Made by a program: the position numbers and the translations under genes
Notes under the pieces: model-generated
What the model saw: the letters and a program-made list of their open reading frames with translations, nothing else
What the model was told of the DNA's origin: nothing
The model's database searches: none
Sequence record: SRR31156797_6672
DNA: 56,722 bases
Direction: 5' to 3' (one strand)
In this document: piece after piece, positions 31,501 through 37,745 of the stretch
Layout of the letters: every line of letters starts with the position of its first letter
How positions within the stretch are numbered: the stretch's first letter is position 1

Positions 31501-32217
31501 TGTAAGTGAAGACAAGCCATTATCCGTAAAAGTGCCGTCATTGTTTGGCAACGACTGGTTGTATGAAACAATGGCTTCTTTTGTTTCAGGAACTGATGCA
31601 TAGTAAACTTTCCAGAGAAATTCCTCTCCCTCGTCAAATCCTTCCTTCTCAGGATCGGTGGTCATATCATCACCAAAGGCAGTTACAACTTTATTGTTTT
31701 CATCATCCCAAATGACAAAACCACCGCATTTTTCCTGGCTGTTTTCATCCAAATAAAATACGCCTAAAAAATCACCATAATTGAGCTGATCTCCAAACAC
31801 CTGCACTGCCAATGGGATAGAAATTAAATGTGAGGACCCGGTTTGAATCACATCCCACCCAACTGGATAATCATTTACGTCGATGTATGCCGATTTGGTT
31901 TCCACACTAATATTGCCATCACCATCTTCCACTTCAAGTATTACAGTGTACTCACCTGCTGAATTATAATAAATTGCAGGCGGAACTTTACCCGACCAGG
32001 TAGAGGGTGTTCCACCGACGAATGTCCAATTCCACGAAATCGGATCGCCCGTGGTTAAATCTAGAAAATTTACACTGTTGCCGGTGGCAACAAGGGTTAC
32101 ATTTGATTGAAAATCGGCTGTAACCGCCGCCATTACCCTGTTACCCGAGGCATATAAAACCCCAACAAAAAAAGGCAAAAGGATTACTACTAAATAATTC
32201 GTAGAAAGTTTTTTCAT
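19504..32217 (-). CDS. Giant (4237 aa) T9SS-secreted repeat protein: signal peptide, PKD domain, 40 Cys-rich Ig/PKD-like repeats, T9SS type A C-terminal domain
   Basis: N-terminal signal peptide; PKD motif SWNWTF...GEYTVIL; repeat consensus PxAxAGxDxTICE...WxTxGDGxFDx...YxPGxxDxxxGxVxLCL...CDPC...DC; C-terminal IYPNP...NMQGQL...GVYLV sorting domain. Confidence 0.93.
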   Translation of the reverse strand: MKKLSTNYLVVILLPFFVGVLYASGNRVMAAVTADFQSNVTLVATGNSVNFLDLTTGDPISWNWTFVGGTPSTWSGKVPPAIYYNSAGEYTVILEVEDGDGNISVETKSAYIDVNDYPVGWDVIQTGSSHLISIPLAVQVFGDQLNYGDFLGVFYLDENSQEKCGGFVIWDDENNKVVTAFGDDMTTDPEKEGFDEGEEFLWKVYYASVPETKEAIVSYNQSLPNNDGTFTDNGLSSLTQILTGLLEVTASANPDSGCEGDGIQLFADASGGSESYSFSWSSVPAGFSSNLQNPVAYPTENTTYTVEVDDGLSVVSDDVSVTISPAPTADAGVDQSVCMPDVVVLAGTAENYSSLEWITSGSGTFDDNSSLNTNYNPSQADVDNGSVDLTLVAGPNDPCETPAQDALTATFVVSPTVDVGADITICEGESVPISAVADNYCGLLWSGDGDGTFGNPSELSTTYYPGDNDILLGTVEICIQADACDPCTVDAFDCLTLTIQKSPSVSVGEDITICQGETISPPGDADNYCNLLWTTNGDGTFSNVGILVPVYTPGQDDITTGTVELCLEAEACDPCVQNPSDCLTLTIRKQPLADAGNNQTVCEDEDILLNGNAENYCGLLWTTDGDGTFDNASAPGAQYFPGTADINAGLVELCLTASACDPCLVDAFDCIDLAIQKNPTADAGSDVTICEGDQVSPTSAADHYCDLLWTTTGDGSFNDATAIVPQYTPGAQDIENGQVELCIFATACDPCNTNADDCMTVFIQKQVSADAGNDISLCEGENALLNATADNYCGFLWTSGGDGTFDDNTSLGTTYYPGANDIETGGLEICLTAYACDPCEVDAISCLNITIEKSPLASAGPDATICEGETFTLSEASAENYSTVQWATLNGSGTFDNENIVNPTYIPSLIDIQQGCISLQIEALPNSPCLVSSSDIMELCFQAPPQADAGPDASVCEDEGYLLASSSADNYASLQWLSSGDGGFDNASIENPTYTHGPNDLNIGSVTLTIVAQAMDPCLGSVQDEMTITIQPKPQANAGDDATIAEGESYTNTDASVENFSNFYWESNGDGTFNDNNILNVIYTPGIGDEQNGSVELCLTAEPITPCQLADEDCLTLVIGLAPNVYAGPDATVCEGSAYSLDQATAENYLSILWNTNGDGTFSDVTTTQPVYYPGTGDQSAGSVELCITAQPVPPSTVVGNNCMVLTIQNEPAIAIGDDQTICQGENYLFNETVASNYASLLWITVDGSGQFSDDGALKPTYFPSASDYAQGCVTVQATALPIDPCTTQAADEMNLCFQLLPTALAGEDVTICEGTAYDLSGQVTEACDFYWDTEGDGTFDDESNLFTAYHPGSGDLSAGNAEVCLYALPCDPCTQAVFDCLTIFIQPEPTVDAGADDAVCEDEIFTTDAIVENACGVLWTTSGDGNFDDPADVMANYTPGATDIETGAATLCLEVFPCDPCLASYSDCMTLTIDKNPIVFAGVDETICEEETLQINDATVENESAILWIAVDGSGSFSDETIINPVYTPSLTDYQAGCISLGVYAQPFNPCTTVAEDYRTLCFQLQPVVNAGQDATICEDDVLGLTPTIENTCGLLWETTGDGNFDNPAIADAVYTPGPNDIESGTVEICLTVQPCDPCSESVTDCITLLIQKGPEAFAGDDVAIAEGQTYTLEQATAENYSALQWTTDGDGGFDDAATLNPVYTPGSGDVNAGSVGLCLTALPADPCQTEAMDCLELEIGPYPVVSAGGDHVICEAESLVLAEASAENYQSILWTTSGDGTFDDANAEQPTYSPGENDLAIGVVELCITAEAIPPATGSVSDCMNLSFQPNPAIEAGPDATVCEGDNFTTTGASGSDYGVVQWITTSGTGEFIDPFVLEATYEPTFLDFISGCVTLQVTVSPIDPCSTGTSDVLELCFQSPPEALAGEDQVICETGSATLQGAVNDACGFEWTTSGDGVFSDSQDLNSAYTPGSIDLMLGFAQICLNAEPCDPCTLPDSDCMTVTILPAPTANAGPNAEICEDDTYQLSGSVENACGLLWETQGDGAFNNASDPNAVYTPGTQDIQNGFVELCLTGDPCSPCELSDTDCMLISIQPSPMVNAGDDQTICEDGRYQLVGVTASNYDGLSWTTNGTGQFDNPGVLNPLYIPTAADVDLGCVTLTLGALPINPCSVSVSDDMVLCFQILPEVDAGADVTLCEGESYTANIFAENTCGFTWNTSGDGEFDNIVAQNPTYVPGAGDYAAGSVEICVVGQACDPCTASAGDCLTIFFQPGPIAFAGPDDGVLAGNPFVFEDADADNYSALLWETSGDGTFDDPTVLNPTYNHGPADEANFGVELCLTAQPVDPCQLVAQDCMLLQIGSMPVITAGPDITLCEEFAYLIIDATAENYSAILWTTSGDGVFDDNTAVNPVYTMGPNDLATGSAVLCMLAEPVPPATISATDCMVLTVSYQPTASAGDDVTLCGNDPYTLDGSADNYCGIVWTTSGDGTFDDNGLLQPQYTPGEQDMANGSVEICIDALACNPCQVNANDCMTMLLLDAPEANAGNDITICENKTASLSGSVGNNCDFYWETEGDGDFDNITSLTPTYTPGVEDAQNGFVEICLVALPCEPCTAMTTDCMTLTLQLLPQPDPGPDASICIGDTYDINATLDHGCGFFWQTTGSGNFSDPGSLETTYIPSAADYSNGSVVISLFAFPCNPCTNFQTEGMTLSFVSDPSVDAGDDGTICSFETYQLEPITQDACTFLWETSGDGTFNDNSILNAVYYPGPQDAISGTVEICITALPCGSCETPANDCMTLTVIPGPVVDAGVDATICENQGYQLAGIADNQCGTQWTSSGDGTFDNPVAPNASYTPGILDIENGLVVLTLSVDACAPCTSVISDDIILSFALLPLVESGADATILAGDDYQVTDATVENASSFNWSTNGDGAFDDPTDIAPVYSPGDTDINNGMVTLCLTAQPIDPCLATATDCLTLSIGSPAVVDAGPDATICESSNFFIELATADNYSSLSWTTSGDGTFSDTGTLNPVYFPGNLDITNGTAVLCLDAQPVPPASQGDQDCMTLTIISAPSAFAGGDPVICEGDTYQLDGFIENACGNYWTTSGDGTFDNITAFDATYFPGAEDMLTGSVEICLVAEGCAPCDDATDCIMITINMTPAADAGLDATVCENEAYQLSGTAAEACGTLWETSGDGNFNNPELENATYTPGPTDIAQGSVQLCLTAQGCDPCPDDQDCMTIYFQPAPVALAGSDLTICEDEVVQLSGEVENACGSLWSTIGSGTFDNPGLLDASYSPGTSDIANGVVTLCLIAEPCDPCEIQDEDCLNVFIEAAPVVDAGEDAEVCEGESYTLSGSAENACGLLWTTSGTGNFNNPELVNATYFPSMEDLANGSVEICLTADACDPCSGSFEDCMTLTFSPPPFAFAGDDQTICENQSIQLDGFVADACGFIWSTNGDGEFDNIALPNAMYTPGIADIAAGSVEICLEAFACDPCFGNITSCLTLTIQPEAQAIAGEDADICVGETYTLGGNTLNACDWLWSTNGDGQFDFAGNLDASYTPGTDDITSGSVELCLEAFSCDPCSVSDIDCLTLTLHPEATVAAGDDQTVCESQSAQLSGSATNACDFFWTTSGDGGFDDPTNTDATYTPGDADIATGSVELCYTAVSCSPCETNVTDCLTISILANPTVDAGPDQSVCEDQTVDLSATVTDACGVNWTTNGFGSFDDNQSLTPDYTPGIFDIGAGTIEICVTAQPCDPCSVADQDCLSVTFIEHAVVNAGEDDEACLDAPYQLNGNAENVSGVLWTTSGDGVFDDAGLADAVYTPGANDATTGFVDLTLTGFAIDPCTVNTTDAITLTLHGCQVTVIPAGWSGISTWVDPLDTELEELFAPVLDELIILQTMEDSWWPAENFNTIGTWDYQQGYKIKVTEEVTLNIPGNILANTTLSLDAGWNLIPVLSSCTVNVEELFEGTSVVMVKEVAGWKLFWPIYGINTLVDLTNGSAYYVYMETAGSITFPACDDQKSGYQPSSYEVVPPAIWMDVTPSATSHVIAIPSGAVKGIVDGDLIGVVDNNGNSFGFTKWTGENTSISAFGDDPTTDTKDGFGEGEPMGFVLLDSENMELTELAVVFDEQFQSGGHFADNGISALKTAGFTGISDPGTIADINIYPNPVKHNLIIEFGQEADFDVQILNMQGQLIWSGSVTGPTAEVDFSNYNNGVYLVHISGNTKTFVERVTKQ
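20641..31239 (-). repeat. Array of 40 divergent ~88-aa (~265-bp) coding repeats within the giant protein
   Basis: 40 AGxDxx(I/V/L)(C/A/L) repeat heads counted by hand from the translation; span ~10.6 kb. Confidence 0.88.
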
Positions 32218-32692
32218 GTTTATTAAATTTTACTGGTTTTGCGTGTTCAAAAATTCCTCTCTATTCTGGACGTCTAAATTAATGCAACTTTTGCAATTAC
32301 AGAAACTTAATTGTAGCAGAAGTGTAAAATTTTTTTCTGTGATTCGTTGAAATCCAGTAAAATCAATGCTTCGGGAAGATAAAAAATATTGGGAATTATT
32401 TAGAAAAATTCATTTATTTTACACATTGTGGGTGTTTTTCGAGAAAAAGTGTAAGTTTATTTTACAATCAGGGTGTGTTTATTTGGCCGAAAAAGATGGG
32501 GGGTTCTCGTTCAATTCCACTTTATTAAATGAACTTATCAACACGCCTGAAGGGGTTTTTTTTGAGAATCATATTACAGATAATGATATATGCAAAATAA
32601 TTTTACACATATTTAAAATCGTGAAATGTGACATTATTGAACATATTAGTAGCTTCAACCTATAGCCTCAGCCCCTTAGAAGTAGTATTTCG

Positions 32693-34129
32693 TTAATCCT
32701 CAATTACATTCAGGTAATGTTCGTAGCGGTAGAGGATATCGTTTACGTATTTATATGGCTCTTCACCCCTGCAATATCCGTAATATACAACCGAATCGGT
32801 GTAATATTTCGGGTCTGATTTATTCAGCAGGAAAAACGCGACATTATCATCCCATACATTGGGGTCCCTGCCATATTTTTCAGCCAAACGACGGGCATCA
32901 AAAACATGTGCAATGCCCACATTATAGGCTGCCAGAACAAATTTCCTTCGCTCTTCGGGATCTTCAATTATTTTACTGAATCTTTCATCCAGGAATTTCA
33001 GGTGGTTGATTCCGGCCTGAATGTTAGCCTCAGGAGGTGACTCATTGTCAACCCCATACAATTCTGCTGTTCCGGGCATGAGTTGCATTAATCCGAACGC
33101 CCCCATCCATGACGTTGCCTCAGGCTGAAACCGTGATTCCTGGTAGATTAAAGATGCAATCAGGCGCCAATCCCAGGATAAATCCTGACTCTTTTCTTTT
33201 AGCAGGTCATCCCATGATGATATTTTACCGCTTCTCACAGAATAATATTTGTGGGCAAACTGCAGTGAGCGTGGGTTAACAAAATATTTGTTGTAAATGA
33301 ATCTTGCCATTTTGGTGTCACCAAAATCATCAATCCATGCATTGATGCTTTTTATGAGGGAGTCGTCCTCTTTCCTTAGTCCCCACGCCACATGCAAAGG
33401 GAAACTCAAAGGTGTGCTTACATCAATTTCAGGGAAATATTTTTGGTTTACAAGAGCAATGTGTTCATCACTAACGGTGTAGTCGATCTCTCCTTTTGCA
33501 ACCATTTCGATAAGCCTTTCGGATGTCTGCGGAAATTCTACAACAAAAATGCTGTCACCAATCTCGTGTTGTAAGTTAATTAAACGCTGCTCAAATGAAG
33601 AGTGCCGTGGAATATAAATCATCTTACCGGCAAGTTCAAGGGGGTTCCTCACCAACTGCTCATCCAGGTCATTCATGGTTTTAAGCTTTCGCCAGTTTTC
33701 GGGCTTTCGCTGAATCAACACATGCCGGGTTTGTCCGAGAGGTTCAGAAAAGTCAATCAAAGCTTTGCGATCACTATTAACGGTCATGCCCATCGCAATC
33801 ACATCCACTTTTCCATCCTTAAGATCTTCATAAGCCTCTTCAAAATCGTTGTTCACCACCAGTTCCAGCTCCACCCCAATGTGTTTTGCATAAGCTCTCA
33901 GCATTTCATATTCATAACCTGCCGGCTCGCCTCTGTAAATAAAATAATTGGTGGAATTATAGTCGGTAGTGGCAATTAGTTTGCCTCTCTCAATGATTCT
34001 CTCGAAAGAACGATCCACAATTTCTTCCGTGCTAACTACTTCTTTCTCCGTGTTTTCAACATCCACGTTGCACGAGTGCGGAATCAATATTGCAAACATT
34101 GCAAGGAACAAAACAAAAAACTGTTTCAT
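32693..34129 (-). CDS. MltF-like membrane-bound lytic transglycosylase (substrate-binding domain plus SLT domain), probable lipoprotein
   Basis: Likely start MKQFF (34129) with lipobox-like HSC; SBP_bac_3-like N-terminal part; SLT motifs YQESRF, GAFGLMQLMP, LAAYNVG and GYCRGEEP. Confidence 0.9.
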   Translation of the reverse strand: MKQFFVLFLAMFAILIPHSCNVDVENTEKEVVSTEEIVDRSFERIIERGKLIATTDYNSTNYFIYRGEPAGYEYEMLRAYAKHIGVELELVVNNDFEEAYEDLKDGKVDVIAMGMTVNSDRKALIDFSEPLGQTRHVLIQRKPENWRKLKTMNDLDEQLVRNPLELAGKMIYIPRHSSFEQRLINLQHEIGDSIFVVEFPQTSERLIEMVAKGEIDYTVSDEHIALVNQKYFPEIDVSTPLSFPLHVAWGLRKEDDSLIKSINAWIDDFGDTKMARFIYNKYFVNPRSLQFAHKYYSVRSGKISSWDDLLKEKSQDLSWDWRLIASLIYQESRFQPEATSWMGAFGLMQLMPGTAELYGVDNESPPEANIQAGINHLKFLDERFSKIIEDPEERRKFVLAAYNVGIAHVFDARRLAEKYGRDPNVWDDNVAFFLLNKSDPKYYTDSVVYYGYCRGEEPYKYVNDILYRYEHYLNVIED

Positions 34130-34409
34130 GCTGCGCTGTTTAAAATTGGCCGGCAAAAGTATTCCTTTTTATGAATATAAAATATCTAAGCGCCGATTAA
34201 CAATTATTTAACATCAATAAGCGAATATAGAGAAATCCCCTAAAGTTAACCCTTTGATTTAGTGTTTTATATTTTTTTAGGAAACCCTGTTGGGGTTATT
34301 TGTAATAAACTGTAAATACCTTCCTGCATATTACGGTGAATGATTTTCTCCCCCTGTTGGGCGACCAAATCTTTAGTTTAAAACCCTGGCAGACCTGAAT
34401 TCAATAATT

Positions 34410-35429
34410 CTAAAATGCTGATTTTAAAACAGATTTTACTTTTTCCAGCTGCTCATCATTAAAATCAAGATGGGTAACCATGCGTATGGTTTGTTTCCCA
34501 AACTGAACAGCTATTACATGATGTGCTGTAAGTATATTTAAGAACGCCTTATCGGTTATCGTATCGTCAAGATGGAAAACTATAATATTGGTTTCAACAG
34601 GCAAAACATTATTCACAAAGGGCAACGATGCGATTGTTCCGGCAAGTTCGCGAGCACGTGCATGATCTTCGGTCAAGCGGGTGACATGATGATCCAGGGC
34701 ATAAATCCCGGCTGCAGCCAGATAACCGGCCTGCCGCATTCCTCCACCAAACACCTTACGTATCCTTCTTGCTTTTTTAATCAGGGTTTTTGATCCTAGT
34801 AATAGTGAACCAACCGGTGCTCCAAGTCCCTTTGAAAGACAAATTGAGATGGTATCAAACATACGTCCGTAGTCTGATGGCATTTGATCGGTTTCAACAA
34901 TCGCGTTAAATACCCGGGCCCCGTCAAGGTGCAGTTTCAGATCGTGCTGATCACAAACATTTCTGATGCTGTCTATTTCATTAAAACCCCAAATACTGCC
35001 ACCACCTTTGTTGCTGGTGTTTTCAACCACAACAAGACTGGTTGCTGGATGATGGACATTATCCGGATTGATGTTTTGTTCAACATCATGGCTGGTAAAC
35101 CTTCCCCGATCGCCGCTTAAAAGCCTAACCGAGCAACCGGAGTTAAAAGCAATTCCACCACCTTCATAATTGTAAACATGCGCTGTTTTGTCACAAATGA
35201 TTTCATCCCCGGGGCTGGTGTGCGCCTTGATGGCTATTTGATTTGTCATGGTTCCGGATGGACAATACAACCCTGCTTCCTTGCCAAATAGTTCTGAAGT
35301 CTTTTCCTCGAGCTGGTTTACGGTTGGGTCTTCTTCAAAAACATCATCGCCAACTTTTGCCGAAAACATGGCTTCCAGCATGCTCTTTGTCGGGCGGGTC
35401 ACTGTGTCACTTCTTAAATCGATTTTCAT
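34410..35429 (-). CDS. ltaE: Low-specificity L-threonine aldolase (PLP-dependent)
   Basis: [54 protein letters not shown]. Likely start 35429. Confidence 0.95.
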   Translation of the reverse strand: MKIDLRSDTVTRPTKSMLEAMFSAKVGDDVFEEDPTVNQLEEKTSELFGKEAGLYCPSGTMTNQIAIKAHTSPGDEIICDKTAHVYNYEGGGIAFNSGCSVRLLSGDRGRFTSHDVEQNINPDNVHHPATSLVVVENTSNKGGGSIWGFNEIDSIRNVCDQHDLKLHLDGARVFNAIVETDQMPSDYGRMFDTISICLSKGLGAPVGSLLLGSKTLIKKARRIRKVFGGGMRQAGYLAAAGIYALDHHVTRLTEDHARARELAGTIASLPFVNNVLPVETNIIVFHLDDTITDKAFLNILTAHHVIAVQFGKQTIRMVTHLDFNDEQLEKVKSVLKSAF

Positions 35430-35488
35430 AAGTTTGGTTTTTGACAAAATTAGGCTTTTGTTAATTTTACCCGCCAAAATTTTAAACT

Positions 35489-36007
35489 ATGGATTTTCTA
35501 CAACTTGTTAAAAGCAGGGAAAGCATTAGAAATTACGATCCCGATCGTCCTGTTGAACGTACAAAGCTAAACCGTATTCTTGAGGCTGGACGTTTAGCTC
35601 CATCTGCCGCCAATCGCCAACCATGGAAATTTTATTTGATTTCAAAACCGGAAAATCTTGAAAAAATCTGGGCCTGTTATCAAAAAAGTTGGTTCTCAGA
35701 TGCACCACATATTTTAATCGCTGCCGGAAAGAAGGCAAAGGCATGGACAAGACAATCGGATGGATACAATGCCCTTGAAACAGATCTCACAATAGCCATG
35801 GATCACATGATTTTAGCTGCGGAAGCAGAAGGTGTTGCAACCTGCTGGATTGCAGCCTTTGATCCTGAAAAACTCAAAAATGCGGCGATCGTTGCCCCGG
35901 ATGAAACTGTGTTTGCCATTACCCCGCTTGGATATCCAAAAGCTGGTTTTAGCAAGAGCGGAAGGAAAATGAGAAATCCGGCACAGGAAGTAATCGTATT
36001 TCTATAA
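35489..36007 (+). CDS. Nitroreductase family protein
   Basis: RESIRNY, LAPSAANRQPWKF, GVATCWI, PLGYP. Confidence 0.93.
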   Translation: MDFLQLVKSRESIRNYDPDRPVERTKLNRILEAGRLAPSAANRQPWKFYLISKPENLEKIWACYQKSWFSDAPHILIAAGKKAKAWTRQSDGYNALETDLTIAMDHMILAAEAEGVATCWIAAFDPEKLKNAAIVAPDETVFAITPLGYPKAGFSKSGRKMRNPAQEVIVFL

Positions 36008-36026
36008 ACCAACAATACCGTGCATT

Positions 36027-36566
36027 GTGCAAAACCTCAGGGATTATTTGCTTTTCGACATTTCGAAGAAACATGCCGCTGAAATTGCAAGCAAGGCTAC
36101 AAAAGATGAAAATGTCCTGAAAGCATTGTGGGATTTTGCTGTAAGCGATGAGGAGCCTGTTAACTGGAGGGCGGCCTGGGTAATTAAAGGTATTCACGAA
36201 AACAATCAAAAACTGGTGGAGCCTCTGATCGGTGATATGATCCGGGCGTTACCCCAATTGAAAAAAGAAGGTGTGAAACGTGAATTCCTGCGCATGATCC
36301 TGGAATACCCACCGCCAAAAGATGAAGAAATGCTTGGGCTTCTTCTGGATAGCTGTTTTCAGTGGCTTGCCAACCAGGCAGAACCCATTGCCATAAAAGT
36401 GCACTGTATGACCATTTTGTTTGAAATCAATAAAATAATACCTGAAATTAAACAGGAACTGATCACCACAATTGAAGTTGCCATGCAAGAGGGTTCGGCG
36501 GGAATTTTAAATCGTGGGAGTAAAACAATAAAAGCACTACACCTTGGACGGGCAAAAATCAGGTAA
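36027..36566 (+). CDS. Hypothetical helical (ARM/HEAT-like) protein
   Basis: 179-aa ORF with GTG start, WRAAWV and EPIAIKVHCM segments, helical amphipathic pattern; co-oriented with the nitroreductase. Confidence 0.7.
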   Translation: MQNLRDYLLFDISKKHAAEIASKATKDENVLKALWDFAVSDEEPVNWRAAWVIKGIHENNQKLVEPLIGDMIRALPQLKKEGVKREFLRMILEYPPPKDEEMLGLLLDSCFQWLANQAEPIAIKVHCMTILFEINKIIPEIKQELITTIEVAMQEGSAGILNRGSKTIKALHLGRAKIR

Positions 36567-36568
36567 TT

Positions 36569-36692
36569 AGTCTTTGCAAGAAAACGCCAAATAGTGCGCT
36601 TCACTCGTTTTGAAAACATTCGATTTCAACTGTAAACTCCTTGACTTACAAAACTTCGCAGGCCTCTGCTATGCCGTTTTTTGCTAAAGGCT
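36569..36692. mobile_element. Putative MITE / miniature inverted-repeat element (~125 bp)
   Basis: Imperfect terminal inverted repeats: left AGTCTTTGCAAGAAAACG versus reverse complement of the right end AGCCTTTAGCAAAAAACG; no ORF; begins just after a stop codon between convergent genes. Confidence 0.5.
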
Positions 36693-36729
36693 CAAAATTA
36701 TGTATGTTTCCTTGCGGTACAAAATAGAA

Positions 36730-37506
36730 TTAAAGTTCGATTGTTTTTCCTGTACCGCTTTTGATGAACCTGGTCTGATAGGATTTTCTGAATTTTTCTA
36801 TCGCCCGCTTGCCGGTACAATGGCCGGGAGCAACGTTTTGCACACCATATTCAATAAATGTGTCGATCACATGATCAATTTCCTGTTCTGAATATTCTTC
36901 CATATGAAAACCACCTATTACAAGGTAAACGGTTTCATCAAATTTTTTTATCACCTTTTTCAGCATCCTGTCAACACCCGGGTGGCCACATCCCGTAATC
37001 AACACCAATCCTTTATCCGTCCTGATTACCAATCCCTGCTCACGAACCTGGAATCCCATTTCGCTGGTTAGAAAGATGTTATGGGCAACCTGCCTGATAT
37101 CTTCATCAACTTCGGAATGTACATTATAATTATCGACCATTTGTCTGAATTTGCCATTTAGAGAGGATGGCAGGTATACCTGTATGTGTCCGGTTTTATC
37201 CAGTACCGGGAAAATATTTCCTACATGATCGCCGTGATGATGAGAAATTACCATGGTTTGAATGGTTGATAAATCTATATCTAAAGCATCAATGTTATGG
37301 AAAAAAATATCCTTCCTTGCGCCTGTATCAAACAATATGGTGTCCTTTCCGCTGATCACAATACACGAAAAACCCCAGTCGGAAATGGTGTTTTCAGCGA
37401 ACTCGTAGTTGTCATAAAGAATGATGATTTTTTGATCCTCTCCCTGTGCATGAATTCCAGTGAATAAAAAAAATGATAATATGAAATGCAGGATGAAAAT
37501 ATTCAT
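36730..37506 (-). CDS. Metallo-beta-lactamase-fold hydrolase (COG1237-like) with a predicted signal peptide
   Basis: WGFSC, LFDTG, SHHHGDHVG (HxHxDH), TGCGHPG, GGFH, PGHCTG; hydrophobic N-terminus ending IHA|Q. Confidence 0.88.
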   Translation of the reverse strand: MNIFILHFILSFFLFTGIHAQGEDQKIIILYDNYEFAENTISDWGFSCIVISGKDTILFDTGARKDIFFHNIDALDIDLSTIQTMVISHHHGDHVGNIFPVLDKTGHIQVYLPSSLNGKFRQMVDNYNVHSEVDEDIRQVAHNIFLTSEMGFQVREQGLVIRTDKGLVLITGCGHPGVDRMLKKVIKKFDETVYLVIGGFHMEEYSEQEIDHVIDTFIEYGVQNVAPGHCTGKRAIEKFRKSYQTRFIKSGTGKTIEL

Positions 37507-37691
37507 AACAATACTGTTTTTGTAAAATAACTATCTACACATACTTTGCCAAGGTTCTATTTGTTTGATTTACAACTGCTTAAAAAAGGTTTGTTGACCA
37601 TGAACCGAACTATTATGAACAGGGTGTGTTCATTTTCGGCCAAACAAGCCAAAAGCTTTAAAATGTGATGTTTAAATTACAATAATGCCAC

Positions 37692-37724
37692 AAAAAAGAG
37701 GCTAACAACCCTGCAGCCTCTTTT
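37692..37724 (-). terminator. Intrinsic terminator downstream of the coiled-coil gene
   Basis: AAAAGAGGCT-N11-AGCCTCTTTT stem with a U tract on the minus strand, ~20 nt past the stop at 37746. Confidence 0.65.
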
Positions 37725-37745
37725 AAAATTTTTCAAAGGAATGGC

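Noticed and set aside
32563-32590. Fur-box-like GAGAATCAT...GATAATGAT segment (also ATGAT-N8-ATCAT near 9998-10015)
   Set aside because: Only partial matches in AT-rich DNA, and the spacing does not fit the 19-bp consensus.
32366-32665. 99-aa plus-strand ORF upstream of the giant gene
   Set aside because: AT-rich and F/I/K-biased with no motif; more likely the regulatory region of the giant gene.
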